Shown piece by piece: positions 8,571-16,924 of a DNA stretch of 50,485 bases. Made by a program: the position numbers and the translations under genes. The notes under the pieces were generated by a model. That model did not search any database and was not told the origin of the DNA. It was given only the letters and a program-made list of their open reading frames with translations. Each line of letters opens with the position of its first letter. Position 1 is the stretch's first letter. Origin of the DNA: a virus (Duplodnaviria; Caudoviricetes); IMG/VR virus record IMGVR_UViG_3300032373_000016, positions 1 through 50,485 of that record; one strand, written 5' to 3'.

Positions 8571-9668
8571 TTAACTCGGTGATTTGAATTGAAGGCCAGC
8601 AAGATCGGCGTCTTCGATCTCAATGGTTGGTTCGATGTGCGACCAAGGCTCATCGAGGCCGAACTTGTCTCGCAAAACCGCATAGTTCTTTAGGCCCTGG
8701 TCGACCTTGATTGCGGCTTCTTCGTACACAATGCCAATCGGTTTGTGCCAGCGAGGAACGACGATAGGCGCTTTGCCCGCTTTATCGTCTCGGACCTGAA
8801 AGAACAGCCAAACCCAAACCCACTCATCAACGGCCGCGATAGCTTTGAGGCGTTCATCGATATCGCTCTGAGTGGACGGGTCCATGTCATCTGGAAAGAA
8901 GACGTTTCCTGCGGCAACATGATCGCGCACGGCTTGACGCGCTTCATCATAATAGCGCCGCTGAATATCGTATTCCATCTCTTCGATCTGCCGGCGAGGC
9001 ATGTCCTGGATCGTTCGGCCCTTCCAGTTAGAAAGGGTCTTGAGGTCCAGCGTGAAGCCCTCGTTTAGAGAGTCGAGACGGCCGCGCAAAAGAATGTCCG
9101 GATACTCTTTGCGCATCCAGAACACAGAAACTTCAGGGATCCCGATCTTCAGACCATCTGCAACCGCTGGTTCATTTTCCACCATCTTTGCCATAGCGCG
9201 AAGCGCGCGGTCCTGGCGGGCTTGGATGGGGATCTTATTGAATAACTCCACATCCTGCGTGTGCTGGGCCTTGATATGATCCCAGACGCGGCCACCAAGA
9301 TTGTTGTCGACAGCGATCTGAACAATCTCAGCTTTGCTTAAGCCGGACTTCACATGGATATCAAGGTTCTTGAGATAATCAGTGATCTCTTTGCCAGACT
9401 TCAGCACGCCCGGATAATCCAAGGGATCTGGCTCAATTGTGAACCGGGCCTGATAAGCCTGAGATCCCTCGAGCATCAAAGCGTGTAACGCCTGGCCTAG
9501 TATCAGGTGCTTTTCTCGCGCTGGCGGCTCATAGTGCGGATTGTGCCGACTGCTGTACCACCAATCAAAAGGCGCTCTGAGCAACTTCTTGATGTCTGAC
9601 GATCCCAAAGCGTCAATACCAAAGTATTCAGATTCGGGCATGTCGATGTAAACGCCTGGCTCGATCAT
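8571..9668 (-). CDS. RecE-like PD-(D/E)XK exonuclease (exonuclease VIII/DUF3799 type)
   Basis: PGVY.DMPESEY...LGSSDIKKL, GQALHAL.LE, EVSVFW, RGRLD...DLKT, YDIQ..YY; adjacent to RecT. Confidence 0.85.
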   Translation of the reverse strand: MIEPGVYIDMPESEYFGIDALGSSDIKKLLRAPFDWWYSSRHNPHYEPPAREKHLILGQALHALMLEGSQAYQARFTIEPDPLDYPGVLKSGKEITDYLKNLDIHVKSGLSKAEIVQIAVDNNLGGRVWDHIKAQHTQDVELFNKIPIQARQDRALRAMAKMVENEPAVADGLKIGIPEVSVFWMRKEYPDILLRGRLDSLNEGFTLDLKTLSNWKGRTIQDMPRRQIEEMEYDIQRRYYDEARQAVRDHVAAGNVFFPDDMDPSTQSDIDERLKAIAAVDEWVWVWLFFQVRDDKAGKAPIVVPRWHKPIGIVYEEAAIKVDQGLKNYAVLRDKFGLDEPWSHIEPTIEIEDADLAGLQFKSPS

Positions 9669-9901
9669 AGTGGTAGCCCCCATTGGTCCATTGCGGCGAT
9701 TGAAAACAGGATGTAGCCGGCCGTGATCCAGAACATCAGAGCGATATAAACGAAGCACTGCCTCAGATAGTGAGCAAACATCACATTGTATTTGTCACCA
9801 ATCTGAAAGGCTTTGGCGTAATACTTTGCTGCCGTCATGCAGCACCCGGTTAAGAGAATGCCGTAAAGCAGTGTCGATAGAACCGAAGCGAGAAACATCA
9901 T
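9665..9901 (-). CDS. Small two-TM membrane protein
   Basis: Two hydrophobic segments; overlap-coupled. Confidence 0.6.
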   Translation of the reverse strand: MMFLASVLSTLLYGILLTGCCMTAAKYYAKAFQIGDKYNVMFAHYLRQCFVYIALMFWITAGYILFSIAAMDQWGLPL

Positions 9902-10236
9902 TTTGAAAGCCCCCGCTTCATGATTTCCAGCATCTCTAAGGCCAGCGCTTTATTGATACCGCTATAAAATTTCAACTGATCGTCGGTGTCGAAACCGCCG
10001 TTTGCCGAAACGAAAGAAATAGCTTTCAAGAAGATGTCTACCAGATCTTGGCCGGTCATTTGACCGTCTCGGTCTTTCGCCGAAACAGCGATCAAGACGC
10101 TGACAGCATTCGAGGCAACACATGTGCTGCAAGTGCATCCGGTGATGTTTGAGTGAATTTGGTCCAGAAGCATGTGCGCAAAATCACTTGCTTTGCGCTG
10201 ATCCTCTTCTGAAACGTCGATCTTTTGGGGCGCCAT
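9898..10236 (-). CDS. Hypothetical protein
   Basis: TAATG coupling; CTCSTC motif. Confidence 0.65.
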   Translation of the reverse strand: MAPQKIDVSEEDQRKASDFAHMLLDQIHSNITGCTCSTCVASNAVSVLIAVSAKDRDGQMTGQDLVDIFLKAISFVSANGGFDTDDQLKFYSGINKALALEMLEIMKRGLSK

Positions 10237-10457
10237 TAGGTGTTTCCTTTTTCGGGCTGAAAGCCAGTACCATTGCAATTGTCACAGGTTTTGACATGCG
10301 AAGTCCCATCCGCACGCGTAAAAAAGCCTGCGTTCTTACGTTGCGGATGTCGACAAAAATCGCTCGGTACGCCTTTGCAATCATGGCACCAACAGACGGC
10401 GCCTGATCCAAAACAATGTGAGCATTCTTTTGCCTTAACAGATTTGGGCCCTGTCAT
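10236..10457 (-). CDS. Small zinc-finger protein (DnaJ-type CxxCxGxG repeats), first gene of the left early operon
   Basis: CSHCFGSG, CHDC, CDNCNGTG; CCAGGAG RBS. Confidence 0.7.
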   Translation of the reverse strand: MTGPKSVKAKECSHCFGSGAVCWCHDCKGVPSDFCRHPQRKNAGFFTRADGTSHVKTCDNCNGTGFQPEKGNT

Positions 10458-10480
10458 GGCTTCTCCTGGATTGAGGCTTC

Positions 10481-10509
10481 GATTTATGAACCAACAGTGC
10501 AAATGTCAA
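10481..10509 (-). promoter_or_regulatory. Leftward sigma70 promoter of the early/recombination arm
   Basis: TTGACA-N17-TAAATC on the minus strand in the divergent intergenic region. Confidence 0.7.
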
Positions 10510-10725
10510 GAAAAATGCACCAAAATGATACTTCCCTAAAAAACGTGCCGCTTGAAATTAACCCTTAGCTGTGCTCTGAACACCGCTTACGGTTTTCCAA
10601 ATACCGGGCTGGGCGTCATGCGACATATCAAATAAAATCCATCCCGTAACGAGTTGGCGGCAGGGCGTCACCTCCTACACTCCTGTCTTCGGGCACCCTG
10701 CCACTGCCCCAAGAAAGGAAAATAA

Positions 10726-11175
10726 ATGATGGCACGTAAGCCCAAAGATGAAAAAGACGCGAAGCCAAAGAAAGAGAAAGAGCAGCCGGCCGGCATTGAA
10801 GGCATGGCCGATCTGAACCTTCCAAGCGCTGAAGAGCTCGAAAAAGCATTCAAAGATTTTTCTTTGCTGCAAGAGGATCAGCGCACCGCTCTTGGTGCGA
10901 TCGGATCGCTGGTTAAGAAAAATACCAATCAGCACAACATCCACGCAAAAGCGTTCAAGCAGTTCGCTGCCTTCAAGAAAATGGACGTATCAAAGCGCAC
11001 AGAGCATTTGATCCACTTGTTCCATTATCTCGCTCACGCTGGGATTGTCCCGCATCCTGACCTGTTCGAAGACAAACGCGGCAAAGAGCTGGCGAAGACT
11101 GCGACAGCGACGGTTAAGCTTGCCGCTAAAGACGGTGAGCTGATGAAAGAAGCTGAAGACGAGATGGCCGACTAA
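10726..11175 (+). CDS. GapR (DUF2312)-like DNA-binding protein
   Basis: Helical pattern L.E.Q...I..L.K.....IH.KAFK.....KKMD..KR.E....L.HY....G..PDLF resembles GapR/DUF2312; basic N-terminus. Confidence 0.55.
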   Translation: MMARKPKDEKDAKPKKEKEQPAGIEGMADLNLPSAEELEKAFKDFSLLQEDQRTALGAIGSLVKKNTNQHNIHAKAFKQFAAFKKMDVSKRTEHLIHLFHYLAHAGIVPHPDLFEDKRGKELAKTATATVKLAAKDGELMKEAEDEMAD

Positions 11176-11942
11176 TGGAAGGTCGGTTGAACCTGGTAGC
11201 CGGGCGGCGTGTAATGTTCACGCTGCTCGGTCCCCCAAGAGGAAAGATGGCTCCGCGGTCGCGCGTCATCGTCCCAAAAGGCGGCAAAAGACCAATGGCG
11301 CATATCTATGCTGCGCCTGAGCAAAAGAAGTTTGAGGCTTTGGTTCAGGAGGCCGCTGAAGCTGCTTTCAAAGAGCAGGCCGGTGGCGAGATCTTCCAGA
11401 ATGAAGTGAGCGTCACGATCTTTCAATTTCTGCCCTGGCCCAAGAACACCACGAAGAAGGAACTCGCGCGGATAGAGTCCGGGCTTGCAGCTCCTACGAA
11501 GAAACCAGACAATAGCAATGTTGCAAAATCTGTCGAAGACGCCATGAACAAGGTCGTTTTCAAAGATGATGCGCAAGTAACAGACTTGCTCGTTCGAAAG
11601 CGGTTCTCAGACAAACCGCGTATTTCTGTGATGATCACAGAGCTTGTCGAACCTGAGCTCCCAATCATCGCCGCCTCTCCTAAAGAAGCTTCGACGCCGG
11701 GCGGGGCAAAAAACAGAGATGATGATACTTCAAGTAAGGCTGTCGGCGGCGATGCCATGGTTAAGCGCAGCCAATCATCTCAACCCGGCAAACCAACTGC
11801 GTGTGGGGCCGCATCTGTTCTGATGTGCCAGAATCACGACAAGAAAGGCGGCGCCTGGTGCGTCGACTGCCTGCCAGCACAATATGCTGACAAGTCTAAA
11901 CGCCCAAAGACTATGGTTGTTTTGGGAGAAAAGGATGTCTAA
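11175..11942 (+). CDS. rusA: RusA-family Holliday junction resolvase with a C-terminal extension
   Basis: GPPRGKMAPR, KKPDNSNVAKSVEDAMNKVVFKDDAQV. Confidence 0.88.
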   Translation: MEGRLNLVAGRRVMFTLLGPPRGKMAPRSRVIVPKGGKRPMAHIYAAPEQKKFEALVQEAAEAAFKEQAGGEIFQNEVSVTIFQFLPWPKNTTKKELARIESGLAAPTKKPDNSNVAKSVEDAMNKVVFKDDAQVTDLLVRKRFSDKPRISVMITELVEPELPIIAASPKEASTPGGAKNRDDDTSSKAVGGDAMVKRSQSSQPGKPTACGAASVLMCQNHDKKGGAWCVDCLPAQYADKSKRPKTMVVLGEKDV

Positions 11943-12264
11943 AGAGCCTGACCTGCAGGGTCGTTATGGAGCTGCTGTCTGGCGGCTCCACATAACGGGT
12001 ATGCCCTATTCTGAAGTCGCAAAGAGACTCAACGTGAGTTTTTCAAAGAATTCCTTGGCAGGCATTTTTCATCGCCAAAAGAACGCTCTTGAAAAAGACG
12101 ACCGGGATCTTCAGATACTAAGCCAGTTGGAATCGGGTGTCCCTATCCCCGATCTAGCTAATCATTGGAAGGTGTCGAAGGGCACCATCATGAACCTAAG
12201 AAACGAGCTGTTTAATGAACAACGACGAGAAGGGCCGTCACGGCCTTCCGAAGGATCCACCTAG
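11935..12264 (+). CDS. GcrA-like N-terminal HTH regulator with a second HTH
   Basis: VWRLHITGMPYSEVAKRL...SKNSLAGIFHR parallels the GcrA N-domain (LW..G.S.SQIA..LG...RNAVIGK.HR); second HTH GVPIPDLANHWKVSKGTI. Confidence 0.6.
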   Translation: MSKEPDLQGRYGAAVWRLHITGMPYSEVAKRLNVSFSKNSLAGIFHRQKNALEKDDRDLQILSQLESGVPIPDLANHWKVSKGTIMNLRNELFNEQRREGPSRPSEGST

Positions 12265-13666
12265 CAATGTGCCTGCAGAGGCAGCGGTTATAGGATCCAT
12301 ATTATACGACAATGAAAACTATCACAGAGTCGCGGCTATGCTGCGGCCAAGTGATTTTTTCCAGCCCGCCCATGAAGAGATCTATGATTCGATTGTCGAT
12401 GTGATCGAGGCCGGTCATGTCGCCGATGGCGTGACCATGCGCCAAGAATTCGAGAACATGGATCGCCTGAAGCAAGTTGGTGGTGCCGCTTACCTGGCTG
12501 AGTTGCTGGATAGCGCAGCCTTTGGGCCTGAAGTCTCAGACTATGCGCGCATCATTGTTGATACATCGATGCGGCGGCAGCTCATGGATATTTCTGCAGA
12601 GCTCCTGCTACGGGCTGAGAACTTTGATCGAGATCAGAGCACGCGGGATTCGCTATCTGATGGGATCCAAAGGATCGAAAGCCTGATGCTTAGATCCTCA
12701 ACCGAGCGCGACAATTGGGACTTTGCTGAAGAGGCCGTCGAAGAAGAGCTGCAGTCGCTCCGTGAAAACATGGAAACCGGCCGCGTCCTCGGCATGACGA
12801 CAGGCATAAGCAAGCTTGATGATCAGATTGGTGGTTTCCACAAAGGGGATCTCTACGTGATCGGTGGCGCATCCTCGATGGGCAAGACCGCTCTCGCGAT
12901 GAACATATGTACTGGTCTGGCTCACACGGGCGAACAAAGGGTCGCTCTATTCAGCCAAGAGATGTCAAAGGAACAGCTTGCATGGCGCCTGGCGGCAGCG
13001 CAGGCGCGTCGCATGGGCTTTGGTGCGGTAGAGTATCAAAAGCTTCGTCGCGGCCAGATAGGCATGAATGAGATGGCCATTCTCGAGCAAGGCTGGAAGT
13101 CTTTGCCCCGTGAGCGGTACGCATGGAACTATACGCGCGGGCTGACCTTCCAAGACGTCCGAGCATCCATTCGTAAGGCAAAGCGAAAGATGGGCGGCGT
13201 CGATGTTGTCTGCATCGACTATCTTCAGATCATGAATATCAAGGCTGGCCGGGACAAAACGCGCGCAGAAGCCATTGGTGATGTCACGATGGGCCTTAAA
13301 AAGCTGGCTGGTGATGAAGGCTTTGCTGTCATCCTCCTGTCGCAGCTCTCTCGCCTCAAAGGCAGGGACGACAAGCGGCCGCAATTGGATGACCTGAGAG
13401 AGTCCGGATCGATCGAGCAAGACGCTGATGGCGTCATCATGGCTTATCGCGAAGATTATTACATTAAGCGCCGTGAGCCCGAATATCACAAAGCGGGCGC
13501 GTGGAATGATTGGAACATTGAGTACCAAGCGGCGAAGGGTAAGTTTCAAGCCGTGATCGCCAAACAACGTATGGGCCCTATTGGCTCGGTCGACCTTCAC
13601 TTCGAAATGCAAACCGACGTGATCATCGATGACAAAAATCTATTAACTGATGAAGGGCTGTTTTAA
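12215..13666 (+). CDS. dnaB: Replicative DNA helicase, DnaB family
   Basis: AEAAVIGSIL N-domain; Walker A GASSMGKT; FSQEMS, IDYLQ, LSQLSR, RPQLDDLRESGSIEQDAD, KQRMGP. Confidence 0.97.
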   Translation: MNNDEKGRHGLPKDPPSNVPAEAAVIGSILYDNENYHRVAAMLRPSDFFQPAHEEIYDSIVDVIEAGHVADGVTMRQEFENMDRLKQVGGAAYLAELLDSAAFGPEVSDYARIIVDTSMRRQLMDISAELLLRAENFDRDQSTRDSLSDGIQRIESLMLRSSTERDNWDFAEEAVEEELQSLRENMETGRVLGMTTGISKLDDQIGGFHKGDLYVIGGASSMGKTALAMNICTGLAHTGEQRVALFSQEMSKEQLAWRLAAAQARRMGFGAVEYQKLRRGQIGMNEMAILEQGWKSLPRERYAWNYTRGLTFQDVRASIRKAKRKMGGVDVVCIDYLQIMNIKAGRDKTRAEAIGDVTMGLKKLAGDEGFAVILLSQLSRLKGRDDKRPQLDDLRESGSIEQDADGVIMAYREDYYIKRREPEYHKAGAWNDWNIEYQAAKGKFQAVIAKQRMGPIGSVDLHFEMQTDVIIDDKNLLTDEGLF

Positions 13667-14568
13667 TGAATTATCATGCATTTAACACCGAGATTGCTAA
13701 AGTAGTTGGGGTCAATGCGGCCGTGATCGCATACAACATTCAATACTGGTGCGAAACCAATGAGGCGAACGAAAGCGTGCAGCATTTCAAAGATGGCCGC
13801 TATTGGATGTTCAACAGCTATGGCGCATGGACAAAGCTGTTTCCCTACTTCACTCGAAAGCAGGTCAGAACAGCGCTAGATAAGCTGATTGAAGCGAGTA
13901 TCATTATCGATGGCTGCTTCAACAAAGACGTTCGAGATCGCACAAAATGGTACAGTTACAATGGTCTTGAACCTATGCCCTTAGCGGCAGGGGGGGGTGA
14001 CCTTAAGGGCACAGACCCTATGCCCTCAGCGCCACATGGGGGTGCCCTCAGCGGCCCACCATTACCTATTATAAACAACAAATATAACAAAACACATATA
14101 ACCGCTGCGCGTGACGTTTTTGATTTTTACAATCAATTAGTAGAAAGCAAAGATCTATCATGGGCTAAGTCTCGTGTGCTTTCAGACAAGCTGAAGGCAG
14201 GCATCAGTGCTCGCATAAAAGAATACAGCCTTTCAGATGTGAAGGTGTTCATAGAACGCGTTGCAGAGCAGCCCTGGGCGAACGGTGGCTATGACGGCCG
14301 CAATGAATGGCGTCCAGCGCTGCACTATTTCACTCAACCGTCTGCCTATGCCAAGCATTTCGATAAGCTCATGTCACGGACGCCTAAACCAGATCCAGAT
14401 TCGGAGCGCGCTCAATTGCTGAAGAATTTGTTTGCGGCGTTTGCCGGTGGTGAGCCGTGGGCCGGTGAGCGATATGGCTTCGACAAGCATCCATACGATA
14501 TCCAGTCAGATTATCCTGACGAGCTTTACGAGCTGAACAAAATGATCAAACCGTCTGAGATACAGTGA
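13666..14568 (+). CDS. Phage replication initiator (winged HTH)
   Basis: FN.EIAKVVGVNAAVI...DGRYW.FNSY..W...FPY...QVRTAL..L...DRTKWY N-domain; low-complexity linker encoded by iterons; coupled to dnaB. Confidence 0.8.
   Translation: MNYHAFNTEIAKVVGVNAAVIAYNIQYWCETNEANESVQHFKDGRYWMFNSYGAWTKLFPYFTRKQVRTALDKLIEASIIIDGCFNKDVRDRTKWYSYNGLEPMPLAAGGGDLKGTDPMPSAPHGGALSGPPLPIINNKYNKTHITAARDVFDFYNQLVESKDLSWAKSRVLSDKLKAGISARIKEYSLSDVKVFIERVAEQPWANGGYDGRNEWRPALHYFTQPSAYAKHFDKLMSRTPKPDPDSERAQLLKNLFAAFAGGEPWAGERYGFDKHPYDIQSDYPDELYELNKMIKPSEIQ
13976..14101. other. Probable replication origin: four 14-bp quasi-palindromic iterons plus an AT-rich tract
   Basis: TGCCCTTAGCGGCA (13976), TGACCTTAAGGGCA (13998), TGCCCTCAGCGCCA (14021), TGCCCTCAGCGGCC (14043), spaced 22/23/22, then an A/T-rich stretch at 14067-14101. 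Confidence 0.8.
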
Positions 14569-14570
14569 TC

Positions 14571-14609
14571 AGTGCGTTAATTTTACATTTACGATAATTC
14601 GCGTATAGA
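14571..14609 (+). promoter_or_regulatory. AGTGCGTT motif overlapping a TTTACA-N16-TATAGA promoter and a CtrA-box-like site
   Basis: AGTGCGTT at 14571; TTAA-N7-TTTAC at 14577-14592. Confidence 0.5.
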
Positions 14610-14631
14610 GCGAGAAACGCATGGGGCTGTT

Positions 14632-14970
14632 ATGCTGGTAATCGATCAATGGTTTATTCTGCTTTTATGCACGCTTTTCGTGCTTATGATTGCGGTGGTG
14701 GTCCATGAGATTGTTAAGCCTGGTGTTCTCAGGGCAGGAGCGGAAAGCGAATGCGAGCACCAATTCACAGCCTACAAAAACGATGCGCGCCTATCCAAAC
14801 ACAACTATACATTTTTCTGTTCTCGATGCGGCGCTGTGCGGCAGGGCGGTGATCTCAAACCGGGCTTCAAGGTTCAAACAGTCCCGGTCACGCCTAATGT
14901 CAGCGCCACGTCGAACGCCAAGAAGCTTCCAAAGCCCAAACCCAAAAGAAATGGAGTGTCCGCCCGATGA
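14632..14970 (+). CDS. Membrane-anchored Zn-ribbon protein
   Basis: N-terminal TM segment; CEH...CSRCG. Confidence 0.65.
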   Translation: MLVIDQWFILLLCTLFVLMIAVVVHEIVKPGVLRAGAESECEHQFTAYKNDARLSKHNYTFFCSRCGAVRQGGDLKPGFKVQTVPVTPNVSATSNAKKLPKPKPKRNGVSAR

Positions 14971-15512
14971 CATGTTACGCCTTCAAAGATGGAATTCTCG
15001 CAATTGACCGACAATGCACGCAAGAGGGCATTCAGCTATTTCACACAGAAAAGTGGTTTGTTCTGAATGATCGGTCGATTGTTTGTGGCTCTGGCAACTT
15101 GGATACCGTCAGGCGGATCGCTGCAATGCTCGCCGAAGATACGGACTTGGATGGCTGGAAGATAGTGGAAGAGGTTTTCAAGAAAGACGACAATACGCTT
15201 GTCCACCGCTTCCACTCAGACGGCCGCGTTGAGGGTTATTGCAGCGAGGGCTATCATCCGATTGAAGAGGGCCTTTGGGTCGTAGGCGGTGACTTTCGTT
15301 TCATGAATGGCTGCATGGCGATGGGTGCCTCGGCCGTAGAGGCGGTCATCCGGGCGTGTTTCTTCTTGAAGGGCACGGGCTTTCCAATCGATGTGTTGGA
15401 CGTTCGAACATCTTTGCCAGTGGAAAATATTTTTGATGATACAGGTGATCAGCGAGTAGAGGATGCGCGGCCATATCTGCCGCTCCAACCACTTCTGAGG
15501 GAGAAACGATAA
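14967..15512 (+). CDS. HslV/proteasome-beta-like Ntn-hydrolase
   Basis: N-terminal M-T-C..DGILAIDRQ, GSG, and the MAMGASAVEAV..A motif typical of phage HslV-like proteins. Confidence 0.7.
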   Translation: MTCYAFKDGILAIDRQCTQEGIQLFHTEKWFVLNDRSIVCGSGNLDTVRRIAAMLAEDTDLDGWKIVEEVFKKDDNTLVHRFHSDGRVEGYCSEGYHPIEEGLWVVGGDFRFMNGCMAMGASAVEAVIRACFFLKGTGFPIDVLDVRTSLPVENIFDDTGDQRVEDARPYLPLQPLLREKR

Positions 15513-15889
15513 TGGGAAACCTGCCAACCAGACGCGTGTTCACGCACTTAGACGTTCTCAAGACAATGGAAGAGGGCAGGTCAATAAAAGGTCTGACGAT
15601 GGAGCAAGTGTCAGAACTCGCCGGCGCTCCGGATCGATATTACAACAAGGTCGCGATGGGCCTTGAGCATGAAAATGTTCGAAGCCTTCGTCGTAGGCTC
15701 CGCGGCCGACCGGATCCAAAGGGACAGAGCGCGGTTCGATATCCAATGCGAATGGAAACCCTTATGGCCTGGCTGGCGGAGTCGTGCGGCTATGCGCTGG
15801 TGATGATGCCAATTGAAGAGGCCGCTCAAATCATCGAGCCAGATCCGGTGACACATCTGACTTATCCAAAGCTAGAAGACGTCGCATAG
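15512..15889 (+). CDS. XRE-like HTH protein, candidate late regulator
   Basis: R..KGLTMEQVSELAGAPDRYYNKV. Confidence 0.6.
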   Translation: MGNLPTRRVFTHLDVLKTMEEGRSIKGLTMEQVSELAGAPDRYYNKVAMGLEHENVRSLRRRLRGRPDPKGQSAVRYPMRMETLMAWLAESCGYALVMMPIEEAAQIIEPDPVTHLTYPKLEDVA

Positions 15890-15899
15890 AGGAAGAGAA

Positions 15900-16178
15900 A
15901 TGAGTAAGAACGATCCAAAATACAATTTCATTGGTGGTCACATCATCAACGAAGCAAGCGGCCTACCTGTACCGGATGATGAGCCTTGCATGGTGTTTCG
16001 CGCTCGGGACATATGGGCGGTCCACGCCATCGAAAGCTATCTCAGCGATATTGAATTAGGTATCGGTGAAAAGGATACGCCGCACGTCACAGCGGTTAAG
16101 GAGCGGATTGAGGCGTTCAGGCGGTTTGCACGAGATAATCGCGACCGAATGAAAGAACCCGACACAGAGCTAGCCTAA
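15900..16178 (+). CDS. Conserved phage hypothetical protein
   Basis: PDDEP..VFRARD..A...I..Y...MKEPD motif; AGAGGAAG RBS. Confidence 0.75.
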   Translation: MSKNDPKYNFIGGHIINEASGLPVPDDEPCMVFRARDIWAVHAIESYLSDIELGIGEKDTPHVTAVKERIEAFRRFARDNRDRMKEPDTELA

Positions 16179-16211
16179 CCCACCGTGTCAGCGCCTTTAA
16201 TGCGGCGCATA

Positions 16212-16250
16212 GAAAAACCCCAGCACTTTCAATAATGAAAGGTCTGGGGC
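16212..16250 (-). terminator. Intrinsic terminator
   Basis: GCCCCAG-AC-CTTTCA-TTAT-TGAAAG-TG-CTGGGGT followed by TTTTCT on the minus strand, at the convergence of two operons. Confidence 0.75.
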
Positions 16251-16310
16251 TTGCGGTTTTCCCTCTCGGGGGGCTGGGGGGGCTGATGGGTCCGAAAGGA
16301 TTGCCCGCCC
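16212..16310 (-). ncRNA. Candidate ~100-nt C-rich sRNA
   Basis: Promoter TTGCAC-N16-TACATG (16342-16315), 5' hairpin, unpaired CAGCCCC repeats and an intrinsic terminator (16250-16212); no credible ORF. Confidence 0.55.
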
Positions 16311-16344
16311 GATCCATGTAATCAAGTTTGCATAATGTGCAAGT

Positions 16345-16626
16345 TTACAGTCCGTAAGTTTCTCGGATCTTATCAAGCGCCGCTGCCTGGCGGGTGATCT
16401 CGGTGAGGCGCCAGCCAAACAAAGCGCGAGCCTTATCGATGGGCATCCCGTCTCGCAAGTAGGTGCCAACCGCATTTCGCTGAACGCCAAGGATCTTCGC
16501 GATCTCATATTGTTTCAGACCTGGTGCGACGGCATTGAGAAAGTTGGTGACTTCGTAGTCTTCCAGCCGCTCTTTGTCAGACAGGTCAATGTGATGTTTT
16601 AAGGTCGGTTTTTTAGAGGTTGTCAT
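16345..16626 (-). CDS. Small HTH protein, candidate repressor
   Basis: GLKQYEIAKILGVQRNAVGTYLRDG HTH. Confidence 0.7.
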   Translation of the reverse strand: MTTSKKPTLKHHIDLSDKERLEDYEVTNFLNAVAPGLKQYEIAKILGVQRNAVGTYLRDGMPIDKARALFGWRLTEITRQAAALDKIRETYGL

Positions 16627-16741
16627 ATGAATTTCCAATGCCTATATGGGGAAGTGTTAGTGCACTCCTGGTGACTGACGCAAACAGCTCGAAGCCCGCG
16701 CATTTGGGCCCTCATTGAGGGAAGCGCGGGCTTCATTGCAT

Positions 16742-16909
16742 TTAGGCTTTTGGTTTCGCAGCTTGCTTGGTCGCTTTGTTCACATTGGTGATCAGTTCGA
16801 CCGCTTCAGCGAGCGTTACGTTGAATTGCTCCATTCCATCTGCAAGCTGCGTCATGAGAGACAGCGTGTCTTTCGCGAGGGTCTGAAGTTTCGCTTCTTC
16901 ATTAGCCAT
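16742..16909 (-). CDS. 55-aa helical protein (MANEEAKLQTL...), not in the ORF track
   Basis: ACCAGGAG RBS, ATG and open frame to TAA. Confidence 0.7.
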   Translation of the reverse strand: MANEEAKLQTLAKDTLSLMTQLADGMEQFNVTLAEAVELITNVNKATKQAAKPKA

Positions 16910-16924
16910 TTAGTTTACTCCTGG

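Noticed and set aside
10552-10580. Rightward sigma70 promoter starting TTGAAA
   Set aside because: No convincing -10 at 16-18 nt. A rightward promoter should exist nearby, but I cannot place it.
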